Positions 1 to 9,806 of a DNA stretch of 64,000 nucleotides are shown piece after piece. The stretch spans positions 60,264,001 through 60,328,000 of the forward strand of contig OX597827.1 of assembly GCA_951406725.2 (NCBI GenBank), given 5' to 3'. The DNA is from Octopus vulgaris. Lineage: Eukaryota. The notes beneath the pieces were generated by a model. It was not told where the DNA came from. It saw only the letters and a list, made by a program, of their open reading frames with translations, and did not search any database. How positions within the stretch are numbered: position 1 is the stretch's first letter; every line of letters starts with the position of its first letter. The translations under genes were made by a program, and so were the position numbers.

Positions 1-211
1 ATAGTGATCAAATGTTCGTGGCGCGCATTAGCTCCCTGCCTCCATCAAATCGACTTTACCTGAACAGGTGCACAATGTACCACGCGTCAGGTGTCGAAGT
101 GATCGCAGAGCAACGTGAAATGAAGTGTTTTGGTCGAGAACGCAACGCACCACCCAGACTTGGAATTGAAACCACGATTGCTAGTGCAACACCCTAACGA
201 CTAGGCCATGT
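1..211 (-). mobile_element. tRNA-derived SINE (family C, CORE-like), decayed
   Basis: Minus strand starts with an A-box-like TGGCCTAGTCGTTAG and B-box-like GGTTTCAATTCC; body GAGCAACGTGAAATGAAGTG is shared with 43210-43460, 46645-46750 and 62090-62208. Confidence 0.6.
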
Positions 212-420
212 GTGGTAAGTAGCTTGCTTACCAATCACATGGTTCCGGGTTCAGTCCCACTGCGTGGCACCTTAGGCAAGTGTCTTCTACTATAGCCTCG
301 GGCCGACCAAAGCCTTGTGAGTGGATTTCGTAGACGGAAACTGAAAGAAGCCCATCGTTTATATGTATGTGTGTGTGTTTGCGTGTGTGTGTATGTGTTT
401 GTGTGTGTGTGTGTGTGTTA
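207..420 (+). mobile_element. SINE family A, 5' part
   Basis: TGTGTGGTAAGTAGCTTGCTTACCAATCACATGGTTCCGGGTTCAGTCCCACTGCGTGGCACCTT... matches more than 12 other copies in the window and ends in the internal (GT)n tract. Confidence 0.85.
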
Positions 421-470
421 TTACACCCATTTTCTTCTCATATCTATCTATCTCTCTATATATATATATA

Positions 471-712
471 TTGGGTTGGCGCATAATTATTGCCGCTTTT
501 GTTTCAACAAATTTTATTCAACAAAAATAATAACTAAATGTAACAAAAACATCTTTAAATGATTATTCCGGAGCATATTCACCATCTACTTCAATTTGCT
601 TGGCGGGCGGTCAGACCGTCATTTAAAGATGTTTTTGTTAAATATTGTTATTGTTTTTGTTGAATGAAATTTGTTGAAGAAAAATAGCCGCAATAATCAT
701 GCACCAACCGAA
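471..712. mobile_element. mariner-derived MITE with long (~90 bp) imperfect terminal inverted repeats (TIRs)
   Basis: Left end TA|TTGGGTTGGCGCATAATTATTGC, right end GCAATAATCATGCACCAACCGAA. AACAAAAACATCTTTAAATGA is mirrored by TCATTTAAAGATGTTTTTGTT. The core encodes IEVDGEYAPE* on the minus strand, like a mariner transposase C-terminus. Confidence 0.75.
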
Positions 713-880
713 ACGCGGAGTAGATGAAAAAGGGACAACTGATGAAGGGGAATATTCTTTCTGTTGCATGTCTCGTTTCTCTATTTGTTTTCTTTTTTTC
801 GTTTTCTATGTTTTCATTTTTATGTTTTCGTTTCTCATTGTGTTCAACGTTCTTTATGTCCTGTACCCATATATGCATGT

Positions 881-1064
881 GACCAGCAATTTTTTTTCCT
901 CTGTCTTCCCTTCTCGGGATCTTTCCTTCTCCTTTGTTTCCGACGAAGAGCTCCGCTCGAAACGTTAAACCCTCCCTCCCTTCTTTCCTGAGCGTCCAAT
1001 AATACTTTATTTGTTCCACGTCCTCGCGTTGCTGTTTTTTTGTGTTTTTTGTTTGGATTAACTT
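881..1064 (+). mobile_element. Short HHR-containing element (family F; PLE pLTR/tail or retrozyme-like)
   Basis: Near-identical to 18227-18430 (+) and 28779-28957 (-); flanked by a TATGCATGT duplication (872-880 and 1065-1073). Confidence 0.75.
936..970 (+). ncRNA. Minimal type-I hammerhead ribozyme motif (CCGACGA core variant)
   Basis: GTTT-CCGACGA-A-GAGC-TCC-GCTC-GAAA-CG-TT-AAAC: stem I GTTT/AAAC, stem II GAGC/GCTC, palindromic ACGT stem III. Confidence 0.7.
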
Positions 1065-1189
1065 TATGCATGTATATATACATATATATGTAGGTATGTA
1101 CATATATGTATGTATATATGCATATATTTATATATTATTCATATTATTATATGATCGAACGCCACGCATCCCTTTCCAAGTAAGTTTCA

Positions 1190-1197
1190 TATATATG

Positions 1198-1291
<94 letters not shown>

Positions 1292-1348
1292 TGTATCTTT
1301 GTATATGTATATGTATCATGTATATATATACATGTGTATATATGTATG

Positions 1349-1433
<85 letters not shown>
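1190..1433. repeat. (TA)n/(TATG)n microsatellite
   Basis: Direct reading. Confidence 0.95.
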
Positions 1434-1436
<3 letters not shown>

Positions 1437-1639
1437 GATGGGGTGTGACGCTGATCGCTTGTTCGATCTAACACCATGATTTGACACATTCGAGTGCTCT
1501 CGTTCGACTTGTTGACACCTTAGTTACTGTCCTGGGTCACCACTAAATGTAAACTGAACCGCAGAAAGACTGTAACGTGACACAAGCGAAGTCTTAACCT
1601 TTAGTACACCTACAGTTTATAAGGTTTCCTTGTTTCTGC

Positions 1640-1650
1640 GGCGACTGCTG

Positions 1651-1690
<40 letters not shown>

Positions 1691-2260
1691 AGCTGCTGCT
1701 GTTGTTGTTGTTGTTGTTCTTGTACTTGTTGTTCTTGTTGTTGTTGCGGTGGTGATAATTGTGGTGGTCGATAATTGTGGTGGTCGTGACTGCTATGATG
1801 ATGATGATGGGTGATGGTGATGATGGTGGTGGAGATAACAGTGGCGGTGCTGAGGCCTTGCTGATGTTTGTTGGTGTGGTTGTCGTCGTTGTTGTTGATG
1901 GTGGTGGTGGTGGTGGTGGTGGTGGTGGTGGAGGTGCTGCTGCTGCTGCTGCTACTAATGGTGATGGTGGTGGTGCTGGTGATGTTTGGAAGTTGTGATG
2001 GTAGTGGCTGTGATGTTGTAGTAATCTTTGTTGTTGTTGTTGTTGTTGTTCGTGGTGGTGGTGGTGGTGGTGGTGGTGGTGGTGCTACTGCTGGTGGTGT
2101 TGGTGGTGGTGTTGCTGCTGGTGGCGATGGCAGTGGTGGTGATGGTATTGGTGATGACGATGATGACAGATAGTACTGATGGTGTCGATGTTGTGGTAAC
2201 GTTTGCTGTTGGTGGTAGTAATGGCGGTAGTGATGTTGGCGGCGGCGGTGGTGTTGGTGG
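1640..2260. repeat. Compound trinucleotide microsatellite (CTG/TTG/GGT/GAT)
   Basis: Direct reading; source of the spurious poly-Q/T/P ORFs. Confidence 0.95.
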
Positions 2261-2262
2261 TG

Positions 2263-2886
2263 GAGTGGCTGTGTGGTAAGTAGCTTGCTTACGAACCACC
2301 TTACGTGGCACTTTGGGCAAGTGTCTTCTACTATAGCCTCGGGCCGACCAAAGCCTTGTGAGTGGATTTGGTAGACGGAAAGAAGCCCGTCATATATATG
2401 TATAGGCGGCGAGCTGGTAGAAACGTTAGCACGCCGGGCGAAATTCGTAGTCGTATTTCGTCTGTCGTTACGTTCCGAGTTCAAATTCCGCCGAGGTCGA
2501 CTTTGCCTTTCATCCTTTCGGGGTCGATAAATTAAGTACCAGTTACGCACTGGGGTCGATGTAGTCGACTTAATCCCTTTGTCTGTCCTTGTTTGTCCCC
2601 TCTGTGTTTAGCCCCTTGTGGGTAGTAAAGAAATATATATGTATATATACATATATGTGTATGCGTGTGTATATGTTTGTGCGTCTGTATTTGTCTCCCC
2701 AACATCGCTTGACAACCGATGCTGGTGTGTTTACATCCCCGTAACTTAGCGGTTCGGCAAAAGAGACCGATAGAGTAAGTACTAGCCTTGCGAAGAATAC
2801 GTCCTGGAGTCGATTTGCTCGACTAAAGGCAGTGCTCCAGCATGGCCACATTCAAATGACTGAAACAAGTAAAAGAGTAAAAGAGT
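2263..2886 (+). mobile_element. SINE family A, near full length, with a nested SINE B
   Basis: Head AGTGGCTGTGTGGTAAGTAG, CORE-like TTGGGCAAGTG, 3' end CAGCATGGCCAC..AAATGACTGAAACAAGTAAAAGAGTAAAAGAG. Confidence 0.9.
2405..2632 (+). mobile_element. SINE family B (Meta-domain-like) nested in the (TA)n of SINE A
   Basis: GGCGGCGAGCTGGTAGAAACG head, B-box GAGTTCAAATTCC, GCCTTTCATCCTTTCGGGGTCGATAAATTAAGTACCAG central domain; TSD ATATATATGTATA (2392-2404 and 2633-2645). Confidence 0.9.
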
Positions 2887-3077
2887 CTATCTTGGACTTC
2901 ATTATGCAATATATCCTCTGGTTGTTTCTTAAAACCCGTAGGATGCGTTTTGAGGAAAATTTGGCTGCTATTTCTAACAGTTCGTACAGTAACACAACTG
3001 TTCGAAGTTACTGTTGATGTTATTGCTATTGTTGTTTTTCATCTTGTTGTTTTTGTTGTTGTTGCTGTTGCTGCTGT

Positions 3078-3250
3078 TTAGCCTCAGTATAACCGTGAAT
3101 AGACTAAAAGCTATGACCGACGGCTTGGCCAGCCGTGACCATCCCGCCTTTCTAAATGTATTTACGTCCACGTTAACCAATACGTCGTTTCCTTATCTAA
3201 GGCAATAAAGTGTGATTTGAGGCAGATTTGACTGCTATTTCATAGAAACT
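3078..3250 (-). mobile_element. Decayed dispersed repeat (family D)
   Basis: GATTTGAGGCAGATTTGACTGCTATTTC motif recurs at ~2945 and ~54405 and inverted at ~9976 and ~44290; the CCGTGACCATCCCG block matches 10089-10105 inverted. Confidence 0.5.
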
Positions 3251-3289
3251 CTAGCGGTAACTTAGCTTTTTCGTTAGCTTGTACAAAAG

Positions 3290-3528
3290 TTGATGTTGCT
3301 GGTGATGGTTGTGATGGCGGCGGCGGTGGTGGTGGTGGTGGTGCTGGTGGTGGTGGTGGTGGTGGTGCTGGTGCTGGTGGTGCTGGTGGTGCTGGTGGTG
3401 CTGGTGGTGGTGGTGGTGCTGGTGCTGGTGCTGGTGGTGTTGGTGGTGCTGGTGTTATTTTTATTGTACGTACGACGCTTGTGACATTAATAGCCGTACT
3501 GGGGCTGAAGATGATGGAGGCGGTGCTT

Positions 3529-3588
<60 letters not shown>

Positions 3589-3662
3589 TGGTGGTGGCGG
3601 TAGTGGCGGTGGTAGTTGTGGTGGTAGTTGTGGTGGTGATGGTGGTGGAGGTAATTGTGGTG

Positions 3663-3710
<48 letters not shown>

Positions 3711-3796
3711 TGGTGGTGGCGGTAGTGGCGGTGGTAGTTGTGGTGGTAGTTGTGGTGGTGATGGTGGTGGAGGTAATCGTGGTGGTGGTCGTCGTC

Positions 3797-3839
<43 letters not shown>

Positions 3840-3860
3840 CAGCAGCAGCAGCAGCAGCAG
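3290..3860. repeat. Compound (GGT)/(GGTGCT)/(TAG)/(CAG) microsatellite with an internal duplication
   Basis: Direct reading; (TAG)n-TGTGGTGGTGGCGGTAGTGGCGG block occurs twice. Confidence 0.9.
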
Positions 3861-4630
3861 CCATACTGGCTGATAATGACAAAGCTTCATTCCTATTTTT
3901 TATAGTTGTTTTTGGTTAATTTCGTTCTATTTTGCTTTTGTTGTTTATATTTCTTTACTTATTGAAAAAAAAAAACTTTAGTTTTTATTTTACTTCAATG
4001 TTTGTTTTTATTTTTGGAGAAAAAGGGGCGGACTCCCAGAATATAAATTTCCATTCCTGTATTCCTAGATGCGGCTACTATTTCTCGTATATCGTCTCTT
4101 GTTTCTTCTCTTACTATCCTAGGTGTTGCTTAATGTTCTTCCTCGTCGTCCTTGTTGTTGTTGTTGTTGCTGTTAGTGTTGTTGAGGTGACGGTGTTGGT
4201 CGTGGTTGTGTGTTTTTGGTGGGGCTGGAATATTCGAAATCCGATGGATTACCAATGAAAACCAGTACGGAATTTCGCCGACTCACTATAAACACTGTTA
4301 TTGTATATAAGATGATATCATCAACTTCTGAGTGTCAATTGAATGTGCATTTAATACATACAGTGTATAGTGTGTGTGTATGTGTGTGTGTGTATGCGCG
4401 CGTGTGTGTGTGTGTGTCCGTGTGTTTATATAAACAGAAATTGAAATAAGCCCGTTGTATGTATGCATGTATATATGTATATATATATATAACTCCAAGA
4501 AAGGGGTTGTGAATCCAACCCACTAAGGGATAATATCTATCCAATATACTGCTAATAGAATACCCAATAATTAATACACTAGTGTATTTTATTGCATTGC
4601 AATTACATTTTCCGATATGTATATATATTT

Positions 4631-4735
4631 ATGCGCCCTTTTCAAGCCTAGCCAGGCTCATGGGCCCGGTTTCCCGGTTTCTATGGCGTATGTGTTCCCC
4701 CCAGCTAGACGCCAGTCCATCGCAGCGTTACTCAC
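4631..4735 (-). mobile_element. 3' part of a V-domain-like SINE
   Basis: Near-identical to 61968-62066; the minus strand contains CTGCGATGGACTGGCGT, resembling the V-SINE domain. Confidence 0.7.
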
Positions 4736-4779
4736 GAAACAGGAAGGGGGACAAACACAGACACACAAACGTATACACA

Positions 4780-4840
<61 letters not shown>

Positions 4841-4869
4841 ATACAATATGTTACATTACTCGGTAGTCA

Positions 4870-4932
4870 AGATAAAACTCTGAGTTTCAGATGCCGAAGT
4901 GGAAATCCACAACACCATCTCTTCGGTTATCT
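4870..4932 (-). ncRNA. Hammerhead-like motif, inverted-arm copy
   Basis: Reverse complement of 6951-7013. Confidence 0.6.
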
Positions 4933-5126
4933 GGCTATTTGAAAACGTTATGAAAAAATACCGTTAAAAATGAAGGGAAATTACTCTGTTATAACTCTGC
5001 TTTGCCTGCGTACTTATACATCGCTCGCATTTTTCGTCATAAAAATTATATAAAAATACATAAAAATATATAAAAATATATAAAAATATATAAAATCTTC
5101 TTGGGACATAACACAGAAAGCATGTT

Positions 5127-5759
5127 CTATCCGTTTTCTTTAGGGGACCAAAAACGTAACAGAAATTTAGTCACATGTGGGCATGATCCGAAAAGCTCTG
5201 TCTTTGTATTTAGACATGTGGTAGGGTCTAAGCTGCTTTTCCAGATAAGCCATCTCTCCATGTCGCATAAACCGCACCTTCCGCTGCCGTTAGTATAGGG
5301 CTTACATCTGGCCAAAATCTTCCATTGTATGTTATAATCGACACCTTTATCTCTTAAAGACCAAATATGATTGGATAATTGTGTCGCTTTTCTTTTGTTC
5401 CAGTGCCTAAAGCTCAAAGTGTGGTTATTGAACCTGGCCTTGAAATTACCCTCTGTCAGGCCCACGTATTTCTTCGTCGAAACGGTGTCTTTAGTGGTTA
5501 TAGAGTTTACGGTAGCTTCATATATGATGGTCTTGGACATGCAAGCTCCATTTAGCGGGCACAATTCTTTATTCCCGCATGAACAGCTGTTTTCTTCTTG
5601 TGTTTTTTGTATGTTATGATTGATTATGTTTTTAAAATTGGTAGTTGAACTAAAACTAATTTTTAAATTGTGTCTATTGAAGAGTTTCCTATAAGCATGG
5701 TTAACTGGAAAATGTCTATCTATCAGTGCTAGGAAATATTTACCTATATTGAAGGCCAC
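5127..5759 (-). pseudogene. Inverted copy of the PLE GIY-YIG endonuclease region
   Basis: 210-aa translation identical to 6124-6756 except for two residues (G/R and K/R). Confidence 0.9.
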
Positions 5760-5764
5760 TCTAT

Positions 5765-6756
5765 AGTATAACTATAGACACTAACCTGACGGTTGTCAAT
5801 TTCTTAGACGTTTCCTTAGATCTTAATAATAATATTTATAAGCCTTATAGGAAGCCCAATGATAGACTAAGTTATATTAATGTAGGTTCATGCCATCCCC
5901 CTATAGTATTCAAAAATTTAGTTAAAAATATTAGTAAGAGGATTTCTAGCCTCTCATCTAATGAGGACATCTTCAATAGCGTTGCCCCAGTTTATAATAA
6001 AGCTTTAAAAGATAGTGGTTTTAGCGAAAAAATAAAATATACACCTATCACCAGCCCAACAATAAGGAAAAGGAATAATAGAAATAGGAAGGTCATCTGG
6101 TTTACGCCCCTTACTCACCCGAGGTGGCCTTCAATATAGGTAAATATTTCCTAGCACTGATAGATAGACATTTTCCAGTTAACCATGCTTATAGGAAACT
6201 CTTCAATAGACACAATTTAAAAATTAGTTTTAGTTCAACTACCAATTTTAAAAACATAATCAATCATAACATACAAAAAACACAAGAAGAAAACAGCTGT
6301 TCATGCAGGAATAAAGAATTGTGCCCGCTAAATGGAGCTTGCATGTCCAAGACCATCATATATGAAGCTACCGTAAACTCTATAACCACTAAAGACACCG
6401 TTTCGACGAAGAAATACGTGGGCCTGACAGAGGGTAATTTCAAGGCCAGGTTCAATAACCACACTTTGAGCTTTAGGCACTGGAACAAAAGAAAAGCGAC
6501 ACAATTATCCAATCATATTTGGTCTTTAAGAGATAAAGGTGTCGATTATAACATACAATGGAAGATTTTGGCCAGATGTAAGCCCTATACTAACGGCAGC
6601 GGAAGGTGCGGTTTATGCGACATGGAGAGATGGCTTATCTGGAAAAGCAGCTTAGACCCTACCACATGTCTAAATACAAGGACAGAGCTTTTCGGATCAT
6701 GCCCACATGTGACTAAATTTCTGTTACGTTTTTGGTCCCCTAAAGAAAACGGATAG
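5765..6756 (+). pseudogene. PLE polyprotein C-terminal half: RT end/thumb, Cys linker and GIY-YIG endonuclease, with one 1-nt frameshift
   Basis: Translates SITIDTNLTVVNFLDVSLDLNNNIYKPYRKPND...SCHPP...RISSLSSNEDIF...KVIWFTP, then a frameshift at CCCC 6107-6110, then YSPEVAFNIGKYFL...CSCRNKELCPLNGAC...IIY...YVGLTE.NFKARFNNH...CGLCDME...LN. Confidence 0.9.
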
Positions 6757-6950
6757 AACATGCTTTCTGTGTTATGTCCCAAGAAGATTTTATATATTTT
6801 TATATATTTTTATATATTTTTATGTATTTTTATATAATTTTTATGACGAAAAATGCGAGCGATGTATAAGTACGCAGGCAAAGCAGAGTTATAACAGAGT
6901 AATTTCCCTTCATTTTTAACGGTATTTTTTCATAACGTTTTCAAATAGCC

Positions 6951-7013
6951 AGATAACCGAAGAGATGGTGTTGTGGATTTCCACTTCGGCATCTGAAACT
7001 CAGAGTTTTATCT
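6951..7013 (+). ncRNA. Hammerhead-like motif in the PLE 3' region
   Basis: AGATAA-CCGAAGA-GATG..GTGG/ATTT/CCAC..CATC-T-GAAA-CTCAGAG-TT-TTATCT: 6-bp stem I, near-palindromic stem III; core variant plus one extra T. Confidence 0.6.
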
Positions 7014-7372
7014 TGACTACCGAGTAATGTAACATATTGTATAGATAAATTTCCTCTATTTACATAATATTGAGGTCTCTTTCTTTCTTTTGTTATCTTA
7101 CCGTTTTATCAATATATATATATATATATATAAACGGGCTTCTTTCAGTTTCCGTCTACCAAATCCACTCACAAGGCTTTGGTCGGCCCGAGGCTATAGT
7201 AGAAGACACTTGCCCAAGTTGCCACGCAGCGGGACTGAACCCAGAACCATGTGATTGGTAAGCAAGCTACTTACCACACAGCCACTCCTCCACCTATTTC
7301 ATTTTGTTTGCAAGATTCTTCATGTGAATCCGTGTGCTGAAACAAATCTTGTTGTGACTCAAGATACAGCAA

Positions 7373-7404
<32 letters not shown>

Positions 7405-7901
7405 TGTGTATTACCCAATATTTCTGCTGTTCTAATGGCGTTTTAGCTTTCGAAAAAAATTATCATCTTATTTGTATCGTACAATCCACATTTTCGTTGC
7501 TTATAAAACAAAGCAAAAACAAATGTTAGTTTGTGTATATTCATATACACTTAGTTGTGCGTTTAGCTTTATAGTGTCTAAATTTGCGGATAAATTTGTC
7601 AGCGAGCAGCTTAGCTTAGTTTAATTGTAAAGCACTCCGCCAGAGTCTTTGAGGGATGTGTCTTCGAGTCACATGTCAGGTTTTTGACAAATTTTTCCGT
7701 TTTGTAAGGGTAATATACCTGATATTTCTGCTGTTCTAACGGCAGATAAACTTTACTCTATTAACTTTACTCTGCATATTTCTCGTTCAGAGATTTAGAA
7801 CTAATAGTTTCTTTATTCATGAGATCAGTGACTGTGTGTCACTTTGAAAAGTATATTCTTCGTACAGGAACTAGTGTCGCTATCTCTAGCCAAGCGATTA
7901 T

Positions 7902-7943
7902 TGTGCTGACGAAGAGAAATAACCCAGAAACCATCGGTACACA
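7902..7943 (+). ncRNA. Type-I hammerhead motif with a degenerate stem II
   Basis: TGTG-CTGACGA-AGAGAAATAACCCA-GAAA-CCATCGG-TA-CACA: canonical core, stem I TGTG/CACA, stem III ACC/GGT. Confidence 0.55.
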
Positions 7944-8299
7944 GATATTGCCTTGAGCTGAGTGGGGACACTGGCTCCCTTGTTCGAAAATATAAAGACG
8001 CAGTTAGTGCATCGATAGCCAGCTGGAGACGATATTTTCCTGACGCTAAATAACAGCAACATTGACCCTAATCAGGATTGCAATTTTACGTTGGCAAATA
8101 AACTTTACTCTAAAAAAGTCATCTTATTTGTATCGTACAATACATATCTTCGACGCTTATCAAAAATATTACATCGTGTATATTTATATACACGTAGTTG
8201 TGCATTTAGCTTTATTTGTATCGTACAAATTATTGTATAGTATGCAATAAATTCAATAATGATAAAAGGATTAACAATTTTCATTCCATGCTACAGGTG

Positions 8300-8926
8300 T
8301 TTTCGTTTTACTGAGAGCACAAAGCCTCAAATTTATGGGGAAGGATTTAAGTCGATTACATCAACCCCAATGCGTAACTGGTACGTATTTAATCGACCTC
8401 GAAAGAATGAAAGGCAAAGTCGACTTCGGTGGAATATGAACTCAGAACGTAGTGACAGACGAAATGCCGCTAAGCATTTCGCCTGCCATACTAATGATTC
8501 TTTTCTACTCTAGGCATAAAGACCGAAATTTTGTGGGAGGGGGCTAATCGATTAGATCGACCCCAGTATGCAACTGGTACTTAATTTATCGACCCCGAAA
8601 GGATGAAAGGCAAAGTCGACCTCGGCGGAATTTGAACTCAGAACATAAAGACAGACGGAAGACCGCTGTGTATTTCGCCCGGTGTGCTAACGTTTCTTAT
8701 TTCTTTATTGCCCACAAGGGGCTAAACATAGAGGGGACAAACAAGGATAGACAAACGGATTAAGTCGATTACATCGACCCCAGTGCGTAACTGGTACTTA
8801 ATTTATCGACCTCGAAAGGATGAAAGCAAAGTTGACCTCGGTGGAATTTGAACCCAGAACGTAACGGCAGACGAAATACCGCCAAGAATTTCTCCCGGTG
8901 TGCTAACGTTTCCGCCAGCTCGCCAC
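8300..8926 (-). mobile_element. Three head-to-tail SINE B copies
   Basis: The AACTGGTAC...GAAAGGATGAAAGGCAAAGTCGACCTCGG block recurs at ~8376, ~8572 and ~8789. Confidence 0.85.
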
Positions 8927-9153
8927 CTCATTGTAAGAAAAATATTACTATACAATTCATCTGGTGAAACTTTTAAATACCATACATATTCCATTCTGTA
9001 TTGTATTAATATATATAATTATTCTACAGAAGCATAAGTTCTTTTTACTTTTCCCAGTTGATAGACATTACATTATGTGATGCATGCATATATATAGGCG
9101 CGCGCATATACACACATACATACATACATACATACATACATACATACATACAT

Positions 9154-9236
<83 letters not shown>

Positions 9237-9460
9237 CATATGTATATATATCATGCTATATATATTCATGTATATATCTATATTATATATAAACTTGCAC
9301 ACACATTCATGCATACATACATAGATACATTTATACATACAAACATGCATACATACATACAAGTATGCATACATACATATATGCTTATATGCACACATAC
9401 ATACACGCATGCGTACATGCATGCATACATAATTACATACATACATACATACATGCATAA

Positions 9461-9806
9461 ATTTTTAAGGTCGCGTTCAGCATTTTTATGTAAGTATGTA
9501 TGTATGTATGTATGTATGCAGGCATGCATGTATATATGCATGTACCGAGGTCGACTTTGCCTTTCATCCTTTCGGGGTCGATAAATTAAGTACCAGTTGC
9601 ATACTGGGGTCGATCTAATCGATTAGCTCCCTCCCACAAAATTTCACATATGCATACATGCATGAGTACATGCATATATACATGCATGCCTGCATACATA
9701 CATACATACATACATACATACATACATACATACATACATACATACATACATACATACATACATACATACATACTTACATAAAAATGCTGAACGCTACCTT
9801 AAAAAT
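9461..9806. repeat. Inverted duplication flanking a SINE B fragment
   Basis: ATTTTTAAGGTCGCGTTCAGCATTTTTATGTAAG...GGCATGCATG (9461-9545) is mirrored at 9666-9806; SINE B fragment at 9546-9645. Confidence 0.8.

Larger units (their letters stand above)
713..1190 (+). mobile_element. Dispersed element family E (probable PLE 3' end), interrupted by a family F insertion
   Basis: Colinear with 18726-19020 (ACGCGGAGTAGAT...GGGACAACTGATGAAGGG...GTCCTGTACCCATATATGCATG...GATCGAACGCCACGCATCC..CCAAGTA) and with pieces at 51998-52186 and 52650-52815; ends at (TA)n. Confidence 0.6.
4836..7111 (+). mobile_element. Penelope-like retroelement, 5'-truncated, with inverted 924-bp arm, 364-bp spacer and 3' tail
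   Basis: 4836-5759 is the reverse complement of 6124-7047 (paired coordinates sum to 11883 at the ORF ends, the HHR motifs and the arm ends). The spacer encodes RT thumb sequence. A ~64-bp tail (7048-7111) runs into (TA)n. Confidence 0.92.
4748..7296 (-). mobile_element. SINE family A split by the PLE insertion in its internal (TA)n
   Basis: GGGACAAACACAGACACAC half at 4748-4790 and ACGGGCTTCTTTCAG...CACACAGCCACTCCT half at 7133-7296, in the same orientation. Confidence 0.8.

Noticed and set aside
705-750. Type-II hammerhead (GAAA before CTGATGA)
   Set aside because: Stem I cannot form; the GAAA arises at the MITE junction and the 18721 copy reads GATA.
1434-1582. Solo LTR (TG...CA)
   Set aside because: No TSD, no second copy, and no PBS/PPT evidence.
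4836-7047. Assembly fold-back artefact as the primary explanation
   Set aside because: The arms differ at two sites, the spacer is in-family RT sequence, only one arm has the tail, and the flanking SINE halves are colinear. All of this fits a genuine PLE insertion, although read confirmation is still advisable.
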